A DNA stretch of 64,000 nucleotides, taken from NCBI GenBank assembly GCA_040954595.2, contig CM082597.2, positions 1,872,422 to 1,936,421 on the forward strand, in the 5' to 3' direction. Below the pieces are notes generated by a model. The model was not told the origin of the DNA. It saw only the letters and a list, made by a program, of their open reading frames with translations, and made no database searches. Every line of letters starts with the position of its first letter. Positions within the stretch are counted from its first letter, which is position 1. This DNA comes from Balanoglossus misakiensis. Taxonomy: Eukaryota > Animalia > Hemichordata. A program made the translations under genes and the position numbers. Below are positions 63,428 through 64,000 of this stretch, piece by piece.

Positions 63428-63444
63428 TTGATGATGATGATGAT
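63389..63444. repeat. (GAT)n trinucleotide microsatellite in an Erg/Fli1 intron
   Basis: Directly visible. It produces the spurious poly-His ORF on -. Confidence 0.95.
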
Positions 63445-64000
63445 GGCTGCTATAGATAGAGAGAGAGAGAACAACTTCACTTGTACGTACTTTTAAATAA
63501 ACACCGTGATATTTCTTGAAGTGGCAGGCGATGGTTAGTGTATAGGTAGTGTTTTGTCGTTTTCTTTGAATTAGTAGATATTGCAGATAACCGGGGCAAA
63601 ATGCTTTCAACAAAGCGCAAGTCCATCGACTACTAGAACTCGATGGAGTAGAAAATACGCATTTCTTCACAGGAAAATGCATATTCTTTGTAAAGCTTCC
63701 AAAACGGTAACGGGAATTGTTATTTTACCCAACTTTCCGACTAACCGTCTCTGAATTTCCGGGTTACTTAGGGACATGTCCCGTACCGCGCTTGTTTTCG
63801 GAAGTCCGTCGGGGTTAATCGGCGGTCTGTTCTGGCGAATCTACCGGCTCGGAAATCAGAAAGATTGGTAACTTCCCATGGGGGAAGGGGATTTCAGAGT
63901 CGACAAAATGTCACGGGTAATTGTCGCGTATTAGTTGAAAGTATCACAACGGTTCTCTCAGTCTGTGATCGCGACGATATAAAAGAAAGACTGTACAATA

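Noticed and set aside
60312-64000. Search for further Erg/Fli1 exons, including the ETS domain (LWQFLLELL)
   Set aside because: Not found by eye. The ORFs at 61272-61755, 62623-63063 and the poly-His ORF are not ETS-like. Small exons could have been missed.

Overview
Eukaryotic (animal) genomic DNA, AT-rich, intron-containing and largely non-coding. Most ORFs in the six-frame track are spurious. The gene and repeat content suggests an invertebrate deuterostome such as a hemichordate or echinoderm (inference, not demonstrable here). The right end carries the 5' half of an ERG/FLI1-family ETS transcription factor gene on +: a probable 26-nt micro-exon with the start codon, an EALSVVSDDQSLFD...NERRVIVPA exon, a PNT/SAM-domain exon and an 81-nt LTSDDVDKAL exon. 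The ETS-domain exons lie beyond the window. The left end carries what appear to be the promoter and first exons of an ETS1/ETS2-type gene on - (QQVVPTGLE motif, compare vertebrate QEVPTGLE/D). The window therefore probably shows a head-to-head Ets1/2 - Erg/Fli1 pair separated by about 50 kb of gene-free DNA, as in vertebrate ETS1-FLI1 and ETS2-ERG. Within the gap is a 3.5-kb foldback-type element. Its inverted arms are built of 134-bp (10+4x31) repeats, its loop holds a Penelope-like reverse transcriptase fragment, and a hAT-type MITE is nested in its right arm. Several other MITEs, palindromes and microsatellites are present.
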